Positions 51,943 to 61,289 of a DNA stretch of 64,000 nucleotides are shown in pieces (the stretch's first letter is position 1; every line of letters begins with the position of its first letter). Origin of the DNA: Nitrospirota bacterium (GTDB taxonomy: Bacteria; Nitrospirota; Thermodesulfovibrionia; Thermodesulfovibrionales; Dissulfurispiraceae). A program made the translations under genes and the position numbers. The notes under the pieces are model-generated. The model was not told the origin of the DNA. It worked only from the letters and a program-made list of their open reading frames with translations, and searched no databases. The stretch covers positions 64,001 through 128,000 of the forward strand of contig CAVPZX010000001.1 in NCBI GenBank assembly GCA_963710375.1. Reading direction: 5' to 3'.

Positions 51943-52707
51943 GTGAAGGGACTCCGCATCATGCTAATAATGATCATTTTGTTATCAATGGCAGCGTCTG
52001 CCTATTCGCAGACACCGTTTACCGGTCTTTTGGGGGATGGTGCGAAACCAAAGGGGGAGGCTGTCGAAAATGAGAACGAAACAGAACAACTTTCCGAAGG
52101 TGAAACTCTCCCTGATCCTCTTGAGCCATGGAACCGTTTTGCTTTTAATTTTAATGACAGAATGTACTTCTGGTTCATGAAACCTGCGGCCCGCGGCTAC
52201 AACGCTGTGGTGCCCGAGGTAGCAAGAACAGGGATTAACAATTTTTTCCGCAATCTTGAGATGCCGATAAGGTTTGTGAATGCCGTTCTTCAGGGACAGC
52301 CGAAGGCAGCCGGCATAGAACTGGTCCGCTTCACCCTGAACAGTTCTATGGGCATCGGCGGTCTGATTGATATAATGAAACGGAACCCCAACTTTCAGCC
52401 TCAGGAGAAGGATACGGGTCAGACGTTAGGAAAGTATGGCATAGGAAATGGTTTATATATTGTCTGGCCTTTTTTGGGCCCTTCAACTATCAGAGACACG
52501 GTTGGCCTTGTAGGCGACGGCTTCCTGACGCCAATAGATTATATAACGCCGGTCGAGGATATGCTGGGTGTCAACGCATCTGACTATTTCAATAAAACGT
52601 CATTGCATATCGGTGAGTATGAGGATTTTAAGGAAGCGGCCATCGACCCTTACATAGCGTTAAAAGATGCGTATCTCCAGCACCGGAAATATATGCTAGG
52701 CCGGTAG
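51943..52707 (+). CDS. mlaA: VacJ/MlaA family protein
   Basis: DPLEPWNR, RFTLNSSMGIGGLID, DTGQTLG, PFLGPSTIRD, DPY. Confidence 0.9.
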   Translation: MKGLRIMLIMIILLSMAASAYSQTPFTGLLGDGAKPKGEAVENENETEQLSEGETLPDPLEPWNRFAFNFNDRMYFWFMKPAARGYNAVVPEVARTGINNFFRNLEMPIRFVNAVLQGQPKAAGIELVRFTLNSSMGIGGLIDIMKRNPNFQPQEKDTGQTLGKYGIGNGLYIVWPFLGPSTIRDTVGLVGDGFLTPIDYITPVEDMLGVNASDYFNKTSLHIGEYEDFKEAAIDPYIALKDAYLQHRKYMLGR

Positions 52708-52785
52708 TATAAGGGCCAGCGGATAAATATTAACCTGTAAATACAATGAGTTGATGTGATTCTTGCCTGATCGGAACTTAACTGC

Positions 52786-52812
52786 TAAAGTTTATTCATA
52801 AGTGGCCGATAA
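52786..52812 (+). promoter_or_regulatory. Sigma28 (FliA) promoter
   Basis: TAAA-N15-GCCGATAA exact consensus; a second GCCGATAA at 52821-52828. Confidence 0.75.
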
Positions 52813-52878
52813 CTTAAGTAGCCGATAAAGCGTCTTAATTTAGTAGAATGATAAAGTCATAGCGAAAGGAGAAATACA

Positions 52879-53193
52879 ATGCAAATTCCCGCGAACACAC
52901 CGATAACGGCAGGGCATGGCATACTCGATATAAATTCACCAAAACAGACCACGCCGACCCCTGAAACAACAGGGGAGGACACTGTAAAGCTTTCGACTTA
53001 TGCCAGGGCCAAACAACTCAAGTCACAGGGAGCAAGCAATTCAGTGATTGCCGCCCAACTGGGCCTGAGTGCTAAAACTGTAGAAAGTTACTTCGGGACT
53101 CCGAATGCCGAAGCAGCGGCTACAACTCCTCAGCCTTTTACCCCTGCGCACGAAGCAGTACAAAACACTGCTGTGAAAAAAGAAATAAAATAA
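52879..53193 (+). CDS. Hypothetical protein (104 aa) with a possible HTH
   Basis: RBS AAAGGAG; DTVKLS..QGASNSVIAAQLGLSAKTVESY. Confidence 0.65.
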   Translation: MQIPANTPITAGHGILDINSPKQTTPTPETTGEDTVKLSTYARAKQLKSQGASNSVIAAQLGLSAKTVESYFGTPNAEAAATTPQPFTPAHEAVQNTAVKKEIK

Positions 53194-53215
53194 TTATAGG
53201 TTTCAACATTCGGGG

Positions 53216-53251
53216 AAATGGATATGTCTAAAAGGCCTATCCATTTTTTTT
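53216..53251 (+). terminator. Probable intrinsic terminator
   Basis: AAATGGATATGTCT-aaa-AGGCCTATCCATTT followed by a T run. Confidence 0.55.
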
Positions 53252-53356
53252 GTGCTGTATTTTCTGTCGAAAAAGGGGCATGTTACCGGACTTGCTATTC
53301 AACAACCATTCAGCCGAATTCTTATATTATAGCACTGCACATAAAATCTTAATAGC

Positions 53357-53385
53357 TTTACAAGTTACAAAAAATTAGGTAATCT
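53357..53385 (+). promoter_or_regulatory. Sigma70-type promoter of the putative 6S RNA
   Basis: TTTACA-N17-TAATCT. Confidence 0.5.
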
Positions 53386-53404
53386 TAAATCAGAAGAGGG
53401 GATT

Positions 53405-53566
53405 AAGAAATCCCTGAGACGGCAAGCCCGAAGAAACGAAAACAGTAAGGGAGCGGGTGAGGGATGTGGTGAGCAAGCCCCCAGAAGCGAGGGGGAGGCC
53501 TGAAACATCCACCGAAGCCCCCAAGTATTGAAAGAGCTTGGGTAAGCGTCTCAGGGAAACTTTCTT
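53405..53566 (+). ncRNA. ssrS: Probable 6S RNA
   Basis: Closing stem TCCCTGAGACG/CGTCTCAGGGA; A-rich central bubble; GGGAGC/GCCCCC, GGATGT/ACATCC and CCCCC/GGGGG stems; 6S-like motifs TGGTGAGCA and GCCTGAAAC. Confidence 0.68.
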
Positions 53567-53701
53567 GGAGCCATACTGATAGAAGGCGGCATGTAGGCGT
53601 TCTGGATGCGGTTAAGAATTGCCAAACGTTAAGACATCGGGCCTATCCAATGAAAATTGGGAAAAAGTATGGCTCTATTTATTTTCTATCGAGCCCTTAT
53701 G

Positions 53702-54910
53702 CTAAGCAGTAAATTCGTCAGCCCATTTACAGGCTTCCATGTAGATACCGGGGAGCGCATCCCCAGGGACGCAAGTCTGAGCTGCATACTCCTTAACGTT
53801 ATCCCAATCCCCTTTTTCGTATGATTGAGCAAGCCTTAGGTATTTTACCGAGTCCCCCTCTCCATATACCAACGCATCCGAAATATGTTTTGAGATCGAT
53901 ATTTTTTCGAGGATCTCATTCATAGGTTGATCAAGTATGGCATCCAAATGTGCAAATAGCCCTAACATGAACAGTTCGTCGTGTGTTGTTGCGCAAGTAC
54001 TTATGTGACCCAGCTTTTCACAGAATCTTGCCTTGATGCACGAGCTTCTTATTAATTCGTCCGGCTTGCCCACAGAGACCTTTGACAACAGGATCAGAGA
54101 GACCAAACGTTTTAACTCAACCAGGCCGACAATCATGAGAGCTTTTCTTATCGAATTGATTTCTGCCCTCCTCTTCATAAAAGCTGAATTGACGTATCGC
54201 AGAAGTTTATATGAGAGAGAAACGTCATGTTCTACGATTTTCTGTATTTCATCCATGTTGACCTCGGCCTTGTTTATTTCAACAACAAGGTTTAACAATT
54301 GCACAGTGGAACCGGTAAGTTCTTTCCCTTTAATGATTTCCGGCATGCTGAAGAAGTTTCCCTGAAAGTATTCAAAGCCCGTATTAAATGCGGCCTTAAA
54401 CTCTTCAGTTGTCTCAATCTTCTCCGCGAGAAGCTTCTTCCCTTTCAATTCCGGGTTGCTCACTATTCTTTTTATCTCGTCCATCGGCATTAAACGGAAA
54501 TCTATTTTAATAATGTCTGCAAGTTTTATGAGCGCTTGCATTCCGGGTTTAAATATGAAGTCATCAAGAGCCAGATAATATCCGGCCTTAGATAATTTGC
54601 TGCAGGATTCTATTACCGCTTGATCGGGTTTAACGTCCTCGAGAATTTCCACTACGGTTGATTGAGGTGGGAACATGGAAGGAATATCCGTTAATAATAA
54701 GTTCTGCGTAAAGTTAATGAATGCCCTCTTTCCTCCTGTGATACGTTCGATGCCGATTGTCAAGAAACTGCTCGACAGCACCTTTGATGTAGCCGTATCA
54801 CCGTCTACTTGAGGAAAGTAATTGGATAATCCATCCCGAAATAATAGTTCATATGCAAACAACGTTTTTTTTCTGTCTAAAATAGGTTGTCGAGCAACAT
54901 AAGCATCCAA
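53702..54910 (-). CDS. EAL-like + HDOD domain protein (YuxH-like)
   Basis: YVARQPI, YELLFR, EILE, LALDDF, LAEKIET, FQG; HDOD DVSLSYKLLRYVNS. Confidence 0.9.
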   Translation of the reverse strand: MDAYVARQPILDRKKTLFAYELLFRDGLSNYFPQVDGDTATSKVLSSSFLTIGIERITGGKRAFINFTQNLLLTDIPSMFPPQSTVVEILEDVKPDQAVIESCSKLSKAGYYLALDDFIFKPGMQALIKLADIIKIDFRLMPMDEIKRIVSNPELKGKKLLAEKIETTEEFKAAFNTGFEYFQGNFFSMPEIIKGKELTGSTVQLLNLVVEINKAEVNMDEIQKIVEHDVSLSYKLLRYVNSAFMKRRAEINSIRKALMIVGLVELKRLVSLILLSKVSVGKPDELIRSSCIKARFCEKLGHISTCATTHDELFMLGLFAHLDAILDQPMNEILEKISISKHISDALVYGEGDSVKYLRLAQSYEKGDWDNVKEYAAQTCVPGDALPGIYMEACKWADEFTA

Positions 54911-54975
54911 AGTCTGTTCACCTCAATCGCCGTAACAAACAGCTTAAATTTTCGTAATATTTATCAATTATACCA

Positions 54976-54993
54976 TATTTATTCGCGAGCCCT
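54976..54993 (-). repeat. Exact 18-bp copy of the end of the 43756 element
   Basis: AGGGCTCGCGAATAAATA on the minus strand, identical to 43756-43773; it contains the stop codon of the PHP gene. Confidence 0.65.
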
Positions 54994-55620
54994 TATGCGG
55001 CTCATAAGGGACCGTCGCCGTTTATCGAAACCGTGATATCGTCCCTGCCTCAGGAGATAGATGAAATTGTCGTCAGTCACTTCATCGTCAAATTCGGTGT
55101 AACACGATCCCACCTCTCCCGGAGAATGAGCGTCGGACCCTCCAGTGTAGGGAAGGTTGCGTTTTTTTGCGACTTCCACAGCCCGCGCATTGAATGAGGG
55201 CATGTTGCAGCCATTGTATCCCTCCAGTGCGCAAATGCCCTGCACTGTGATAATCAGGTCTAACAGGCTGGTTCCCTTTCTGTACGGATGGGAGGGTATA
55301 ACCACCCCCCCTGCTATATTCACAATTCGGCTCACCTCATCCACTGGCGTGTTTTTCGACAGCAGTCTGTCCGTGTCTGCCCCGAAGATCAGACAATGAC
55401 CTTCAGCGGTTGAGTACTCTACACCCCTGAAAATACGCAGCGTGCCTTTGTACTTTTCCTTTAGCGCCTCGCTATGCCCGGAAGCGGCGTAGGAGTAATG
55501 TTCCGTAAAAGCGAGGCCGTCGAGTTTCAGCTCGATGGCCCGGAGTACCATCTCTTCGGGATCGGCATCGCTGTCCTGACTGTACGACGTATGTACATGC
55601 AGATCCACCCTGAATTTCAT
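54979..55620 (-). CDS. PHP domain metal-dependent phosphoesterase
   Basis: DLHVHT, FTEH, GVEYST..GH, SHPY, GGSDAH. Confidence 0.9.
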   Translation of the reverse strand: MKFRVDLHVHTSYSQDSDADPEEMVLRAIELKLDGLAFTEHYSYAASGHSEALKEKYKGTLRIFRGVEYSTAEGHCLIFGADTDRLLSKNTPVDEVSRIVNIAGGVVIPSHPYRKGTSLLDLIITVQGICALEGYNGCNMPSFNARAVEVAKKRNLPYTGGSDAHSPGEVGSCYTEFDDEVTDDNFIYLLRQGRYHGFDKRRRSLMSRIRARE

Positions 55621-55812
55621 ATTAACACCTTTGAATCGTTTCTCCGTTCATTGACACAGGGCACCGCTTCTTAGCAATGCACGTCATTACCCCTGATGAG
55701 CATTGGCGAATAGTCAAACCCAGGGCAACAATCATAATTTTAACACAGCAGAAGGCAGTAAGGGGCAATGTCAAACTGCATCATATCGAAAAACGGAACG
55801 TAAAAATTATAT

Positions 55813-55841
55813 TTGACATGTACGTTAAGGTTAGTTATAAT
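55813..55841 (+). promoter_or_regulatory. Consensus sigma70 promoter
   Basis: TTGACA-N17-TATAAT exact consensus, about 75 bp upstream of the HMG-CoA reductase start. Confidence 0.8.
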
Positions 55842-55915
55842 TTTATCTGGAAGTTGATTTTCCTCTGATTCGGGTTTTTTTAAATGAAAACATAGACAAA
55901 GTTAAGGAGTATCAT

Positions 55916-57079
55916 ATGGAAGACAAGATCCCTCGCTCGAAAGATGACTACACCACGGAGGCTATACATGCCCGCCAGGACTTTATCAAGGAAAAAACTG
56001 GCGTTGCCGTGAATCATGTCGGCCGTCATTCGTTTGATCCGTCTATGCTCAAGGGCAACATTGAAAGTTTCATCGGCGTGGCCCAGGTGCCGATCGGAAT
56101 TGCCGGGCCTTTGCTGGTGAACGGTGAACATGCCAAGGGAGAATATTATGTGCCCATGGCAACCACCGAAGGCACCCTGGTGGCCAGCTATAACAGGGGC
56201 ATGAAGCTCGTTCATTCCTGTGGAGGAGTAATGACCACTATAGTGGATGAGGCCATGCAGCGCGCCCCGGTATTTGTTTTCGACAACGCCAGAGAGGCCA
56301 GAAATTTTTGCATATGGCAGCACGATCATTACGCCGAGATCAAGGAGGTGGCCGATAAAACCTCATCTGTCGGCAGGCTTAAGAATATCGAACATTATGC
56401 GGCGGGAAAGCTTTTATTCCTGCGCTTCAATTATACCACCGGCGACGCCGCGGGCCAAAACATGGTGGGCAAGGCCACCTTTGCCGCCTGCGAATGGTTG
56501 AAGGTCAATTACCCGGCCATCCGGCACTACAATCTCTCCGGCAATATAGATACGGACAAGAAGAGTTCCTTCATCAACAGCCTGCACACGCGCGGCAAGC
56601 GAGTCATCGCCGAGGCGGTCATTCCCGGCGATCTTGTTATGAATATCGCCAAAGTTCAGTCAGGCGATCTCCTAAGGCAGCGCAATATCAGCAATATCGG
56701 CACCATACTGGCCGGATCGAGCAATAACGGCATGCACTCTGCCAACGGGATCACGGCGATATTTATCGCCACCGGTCAGGATGCGGCTAATGTGGCCGAG
56801 TCATCGACGGCGCTGGTCTTTGCCGATCAGCTCCCCGACAACAGTTATTACTTTTCTATTACCATCCCATCCTTGATCGTGGGCACATATGGAGGGGGCA
56901 CAGCTCTGGCTACACAACGCGAATGTCTGGAAATCATGGACTGCTACGGCACCGGCAAAGTTGGCAAACTGGCCGAGATTGTGGCGGCCACGGTACTTTG
57001 CGGCGAGCTTTCATTAGCAAGCGCCATTATGGCGAAGGAGTGGGTATCAAGTCATGAGAAGATGGGCCGAAACCGCTAG
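55916..57079 (+). CDS. HMG-CoA reductase family protein (class I-like)
   Basis: ESFIG, PMATTEGTLVAS, TGDAAGQNM, GTYGGGT, GELSL, SHEKMGR. Confidence 0.9.
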   Translation: MEDKIPRSKDDYTTEAIHARQDFIKEKTGVAVNHVGRHSFDPSMLKGNIESFIGVAQVPIGIAGPLLVNGEHAKGEYYVPMATTEGTLVASYNRGMKLVHSCGGVMTTIVDEAMQRAPVFVFDNAREARNFCIWQHDHYAEIKEVADKTSSVGRLKNIEHYAAGKLLFLRFNYTTGDAAGQNMVGKATFAACEWLKVNYPAIRHYNLSGNIDTDKKSSFINSLHTRGKRVIAEAVIPGDLVMNIAKVQSGDLLRQRNISNIGTILAGSSNNGMHSANGITAIFIATGQDAANVAESSTALVFADQLPDNSYYFSITIPSLIVGTYGGGTALATQRECLEIMDCYGTGKVGKLAEIVAATVLCGELSLASAIMAKEWVSSHEKMGRNR

Positions 57080-57116
57080 TTCCAATTTGCGATCATAAAC
57101 AAAAGGGTATCGAAGA

Positions 57117-57887
57117 ATGGACATGCAATATCTTTTACTCGCAATACAAGACAAGGTCGCCACAGTCACCATTAACCGCCCCGATAAAGGCAATTCTCTC
57201 TCCCCAGAGGTGCTCGAGGAAATCGAGACCATGTTTACCGCGCTTTCCAGGCGTGAGGATATAAATGTCGTGGTCTTTACAGGAGGCGAAAAATACTTTT
57301 CAGCAGGATTCGATCTGAATCGCATTCGCCAGCTTCAAAAGGGCTCCAACGAGGCATATATCACAATGTTCCATCGAACCTTCCGCTCGATCATGTTCTG
57401 CGAACAGCCGGTCATCTGCGCGGTCGGCGGCCCGGCCATCGCCGGCGGGTTCGACCTTACAATGATGTGCGACATACGCTATGCCTCTGAAAGGGCCAAG
57501 TTCGGCCAGCGCGAGGTTGAGCTGTCGCTCACCCCAACCATGGACCCTTTATGGCGCATCATCGGTTTGGGCAACGCCAAGGAGGTGGCCCTGACCGGAA
57601 GGATCTACGACGCCCAGGAGGCCCTGCGCATGGGCTATGTTTCCAGGGTGTTCCCAGACGACAAACTCCTGGAAGAAGTAGGAGCCATAGCCCGCAAAAT
57701 GGCCACTTATGACCGGGGCTGCATGAAGGAAACCAAGCAACTTACCCATAACCTGCTGAACTCCGGCCTGGATCAATCCATGCGGCTGCAGGAATGGCTT
57801 TTCAGGAGCTATATCGGCTCTGATGACAATCATGAACGCATCGATGCCCTCCAGGCCAAACTGGCTCAGATGAGGAAGAACAAATAA
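57117..57887 (+). CDS. Enoyl-CoA hydratase/isomerase (crotonase) family protein
   Basis: VTINRPDKGN, FSAGFDL, GPAIAGG, CDIRYASERAKFGQRE. Confidence 0.9.
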   Translation: MDMQYLLLAIQDKVATVTINRPDKGNSLSPEVLEEIETMFTALSRREDINVVVFTGGEKYFSAGFDLNRIRQLQKGSNEAYITMFHRTFRSIMFCEQPVICAVGGPAIAGGFDLTMMCDIRYASERAKFGQREVELSLTPTMDPLWRIIGLGNAKEVALTGRIYDAQEALRMGYVSRVFPDDKLLEEVGAIARKMATYDRGCMKETKQLTHNLLNSGLDQSMRLQEWLFRSYIGSDDNHERIDALQAKLAQMRKNK

Positions 57888-57908
57888 CCCTAAGAAAAGG
57901 AGATTATC

Positions 57909-59363
57909 ATGGGTAAACTCATGAACGCCAAGGAATATGAGGAAAGTTTGCGTAAGCTCAACCTCAAGGTCTACCTGTTCGGCAAGCGTATTACAAATGT
58001 CGTGGATGATCCCATCATCCGACCGTCCATGAACGCAGTTGCAGCCACGTACGAATTCGCCCACAAACCGGAATACGAAGACATAATGACTGCGAAATCG
58101 CACCTTACCGGCAAGAAGATCAACCGTTTCACTCATATCCACCAGAGCGTGGATGACTTGGTGAAAAAGAGCAAGATGGGCCGTCTCTTGGGATCGCTTA
58201 CGGCCTGCTGTTTTCAGCGCTGCGTAGGCATGGACGCCATGAACGCGCTTTCCATTACCACGCATGCCATTGACGCCAAACACGGCACGGACTACAACCA
58301 GCGGTTCTTGAAATTCCTCGCTTACGTGCAGGAAAACGACCTGGTCTGCGATGGCGCCATGACCGACCCCAAAGGCGACCGCGGCCTGCCGCCCCACAAA
58401 CAGGCAGACCCCGACATGTTTCTGCATGTCGTGAAGGAGCGGGCCGACGGCATCGTGGTCAGGGGTTCCAAGGCTCACCAGACCGGTGCGGTCAACTCGC
58501 ATGAGATCATAGTCATGCCCACTATGAGCATGCGCGAGGAAGATAAGGATTACGCCGTCGCCTTTGCAGTGCCCAGTGACACCGAGGGCATTACCTATAT
58601 TCTGGGACGTCAATCCTGCGATACCCGCAAGCTCGAAGGCACGACCTTTGACCGCGGCAATATGTATTATGGCGGGCACGAGGCCCTGGTGGTTTTCGAT
58701 CATGTCTTCGTCCCCTGGGAGCGTGTCTTTATGTACAAGGAGTATGACTTCTCCACCCAGCTCGTGGAAAGCTTTGGCGCCTATCACCGCCAGAGCTATG
58801 CCTGCAAGGTTGGCGTGGGTGATGTGCTCATCGGCGCGGCCCAGACCGTGGCCGAATATAACGGGGCGGAAAAAGCATCTCATATCAAAGATAAGATCGT
58901 GGAGATGAACCACCTCAACGAGACCCTCTTCTGCGGCTGCATCGCCTGCGCGGCCGAAGGACACCGGGAAGCGAGCGGCACCTACCTCGTCGATGTGCTA
59001 TTAGCCAATGTGCACAAGCAGAACGTCACGCGCTTTCCCTATGAGATCGCCCGGCTGGCCCAGGATATCGCCGGAGGTTTGATGGTCACCCTGCCGTCCG
59101 AAGCGGATTTTAAGTCCCCCGAAATAGGCAAGTGGATCGAAAAATACTACAAGACCAAAGAGGGTGTCTGTACCGAGGACCGCATGCGTATCCTGAGGCT
59201 TATTGAAAACATCACCATGGGTACGGCGGCCGTGGGCTATCTGACCGAGAGCATGCATGGAGCAGGTTCACCTCAGGCTCAACGCATTATGATCGGCCGG
59301 TTGATCGACATGAAACAAAAACAAAAGGCCGCCAAATTTCTCTGCGGCATCGATAAGGAGTAA
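57909..59363 (+). CDS. abfD: 4-hydroxybutyryl-CoA dehydratase/vinylacetyl-CoA isomerase family protein
   Basis: CFQRCVGMDA and YHRQSYACK (Fe-S ligands), GAMTDPKGDR, ESMHGAGSPQAQR. Confidence 0.85.
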   Translation: MGKLMNAKEYEESLRKLNLKVYLFGKRITNVVDDPIIRPSMNAVAATYEFAHKPEYEDIMTAKSHLTGKKINRFTHIHQSVDDLVKKSKMGRLLGSLTACCFQRCVGMDAMNALSITTHAIDAKHGTDYNQRFLKFLAYVQENDLVCDGAMTDPKGDRGLPPHKQADPDMFLHVVKERADGIVVRGSKAHQTGAVNSHEIIVMPTMSMREEDKDYAVAFAVPSDTEGITYILGRQSCDTRKLEGTTFDRGNMYYGGHEALVVFDHVFVPWERVFMYKEYDFSTQLVESFGAYHRQSYACKVGVGDVLIGAAQTVAEYNGAEKASHIKDKIVEMNHLNETLFCGCIACAAEGHREASGTYLVDVLLANVHKQNVTRFPYEIARLAQDIAGGLMVTLPSEADFKSPEIGKWIEKYYKTKEGVCTEDRMRILRLIENITMGTAAVGYLTESMHGAGSPQAQRIMIGRLIDMKQKQKAAKFLCGIDKE

Positions 59364-59446
59364 TCTGTTTGCATTAACACAGACTAAGTAGTCATTGTCG
59401 GCGGGGCGCCAAATTTTGGTTGCGTGGACAAGAAATTAATTATCTG

Positions 59447-59707
59447 TCATTTCATTCTTAATGGGAATCTTTCCGGGTGCTCAATTATCTCAACGGTAAG
59501 ATCAATATCTAAATCCGGCCAGTAAAAATGCCCTTTATTCGGCTCTTCCACGTTTAAAATTTTCCCGACCGGGGCATCTTTGAACCACGGGAAATCTCCG
59601 TAGGACATAAACAACTCCTGGCCCCCAGCCAGAAGCCATACACCATTGGCGGAGATATTTGTAACTTCAACTGTCTCGATGTTCTTTCCAAGCGTTTTTG
59701 AACTCAT
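59447..59707 (-). CDS. DUF2442 family protein (putative antitoxin)
   Basis: FPWFKDA, FYWPDLDIDL, HPERFPL. Confidence 0.8.
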   Translation of the reverse strand: MSSKTLGKNIETVEVTNISANGVWLLAGGQELFMSYGDFPWFKDAPVGKILNVEEPNKGHFYWPDLDIDLTVEIIEHPERFPLRMK

Positions 59708-59906
59708 CGTAGTGCTCCTCAATAATATTTTCAACTTCCTTTAATTGGGCGCGTGATAGATTATAATTTCTTGCTATCTCTATCTCCGGCTCTAACCAAA
59801 ACTTTGTTTCGCCATCAGCACATATAACATGAACGTGCATTCTCGTTTCCTCGCGGGAGAAGAAAAAGAAACGGTATCCCTTTTCTTTCAGAATCGTCGG
59901 GCTCAT
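59667..59906 (-). CDS. DUF4160 family protein (putative toxin)
   Basis: MSPTI..GYRFFFFSRE..MHVHV..KFWLEP. Confidence 0.85.
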   Translation of the reverse strand: MSPTILKEKGYRFFFFSREETRMHVHVICADGETKFWLEPEIEIARNYNLSRAQLKEVENIIEEHYDEFKNAWKEHRDS

Positions 59907-60112
59907 ACAGTATTTGTTTATATTTTATAGCATAAAAAGTGTTTTGTGCATATTGTACACCTGTGAGCATTATAGCTCGATTTGGGTGAACATAGTCAAT
60001 TAGCCTACTTGTGCTTGTCAACACACAGTGAATTATATAGCAAAAGTCCCGTAGTTGCGATTACAACATGGAATCGGTAAACTAATAGCTATCCGATATG
60101 GAGGTGTAAATT

Positions 60113-60343
60113 ATGAATGCAGTAAAAGCTATTTACCATGACGGAATAATCGAACTGATTGAAAAGCCCTTAGTAGAAGGGACCGCAGAAGTTCTTGTCA
60201 TATTCCCGGAGAAACAAAAAAAGGTTGTGAAAATCGGAGGACTTTTTAAAGGCCAGTCTATTGATTATGAAGGCATTGAAAACGATCTGAAACAACTTAA
60301 CCATGCTTCGCAAAAACATTTATTGGACGAGGCCAACAATTAG
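60113..60343 (+). CDS. Putative antitoxin (DUF104/AF2212-like N-terminus)
   Basis: MNAVKAIYHDGIIEL; RBS GGAGG; directly precedes a PIN-like start. Confidence 0.55.
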   Translation: MNAVKAIYHDGIIELIEKPLVEGTAEVLVIFPEKQKKVVKIGGLFKGQSIDYEGIENDLKQLNHASQKHLLDEANN

Positions 60344-60345
60344 GC

Positions 60346-60405
60346 ATGAACAAATATGTGATTGACACCCACAATTTAGTCACAGTGATTTTCCCTCTCG
60401 AATAG
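60346..60405 (+). pseudogene. Truncated PIN/VapC-like toxin stub
   Basis: MNKYVIDTH resembles a PIN N-terminus, then breaks at the 17-bp repeat CACAATTTAGTCACAGT and stops after 19 codons. Confidence 0.5.
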
Positions 60406-60431
60406 ACCAGATTTCTGAAAAGCTTCCCGTA

Positions 60432-60812
60432 TCACTTATGTCCTAGGCGTTTAAAAACAATTTCCTGCTTTATGTAGTCCAGCACGGCTATGAAATTCAT
60501 TTCTTCGGAACTGGAAACGCCCCTTGATAGGTGTCTGTGGTGCGGGAAGTTTTCGAGGTTTTTATAATGCGGAGCAGTATCCCAGCGGACTATTAGTTTG
60601 TTCGAGGCATCCATCCGGTGGAATCTGTAATCGTGTTCGTATGTTGACAATAGCTCTCTGAAATCCAGCGCAGAACCGTCTATGAAGGCTATCCTGCCTC
60701 TCAGCATGCCCATGTCGGCGGAGACCATTTCAAAGGTTGAAGTGTCGGCTTGAATAAGGGGAGAAATTTCTTTGAGCTTGTTGCGGACCTTGTTGAAGTA
60801 AGACTGTATCAT
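60432..60812 (-). CDS. DUF6516/TumE-like toxin-antitoxin protein
   Basis: FIDGSAL, YRFH..IVRWDTAPHY..FPHHRH. Confidence 0.7.
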   Translation of the reverse strand: MIQSYFNKVRNKLKEISPLIQADTSTFEMVSADMGMLRGRIAFIDGSALDFRELLSTYEHDYRFHRMDASNKLIVRWDTAPHYKNLENFPHHRHLSRGVSSSEEMNFIAVLDYIKQEIVFKRLGHK

Positions 60813-61084
60813 CAGACTATTGCAGCTATTTTATGCAACCTGTCTTTGACATGCTCACAAGCTTTAGATGCAAAGAGCCAATCAAACCATTCTCCGTCGT
60901 CTCCCAATATGCCAGAGTTAAATTTCTTCAAGAACGCTTTGGTGGTCATCTTGTGTTTTTTTTCAAAGTCCTTCAGTTTCTTCCTGTATTCCAGAAGGCT
61001 GAGCTTCATGATATTCCTGTCAAGCTCAAGACCCTCCTTCACAATCAATGCGTCGTCTTTGTCCATCTTTAATGTTGTCGCCAT
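60812..61084 (-). CDS. TumA-like putative antitoxin
   Basis: LKDFEKKHKMTTKAFLKKFNSGILGDDGEWFDW; coupled to the downstream gene. Confidence 0.6.
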   Translation of the reverse strand: MATTLKMDKDDALIVKEGLELDRNIMKLSLLEYRKKLKDFEKKHKMTTKAFLKKFNSGILGDDGEWFDWLFASKACEHVKDRLHKIAAIV

Positions 61085-61244
61085 AGTGAAACCTCCTCAG
61101 CTATTTTAGCATAACGGTGCTGTTTAGGAATTAAATCTAAGTACAACTGACACTGTTATTAGGGTAGAGGTCTCTCACATAAATGCAGTCGAAGAAACAG
61201 AGAAATCAAACAAAAATGCAGTTGGCTGAAATTTAGGAAAAATC

Positions 61245-61289
61245 TGGTGCCCCCTAGAGGGATCGAACCTCTGGCCCCAGGTTTAGGAA
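61245..61289 (-). pseudogene. 3' fragment of tRNA-Arg(CCT), probable att site
   Basis: Minus strand TTCCTAA ACCTG GGGCC AGAGGTTCGATCCCTCT AGGGGGCA CCA: anticodon loop, T-arm and CCA present; the 5' half is absent. Confidence 0.8.

Noticed and set aside
57549..58964. 471-aa minus-strand ORF
   Set aside because: Antisense shadow of the abfD-like and crotonase genes, with no recognisable motifs.
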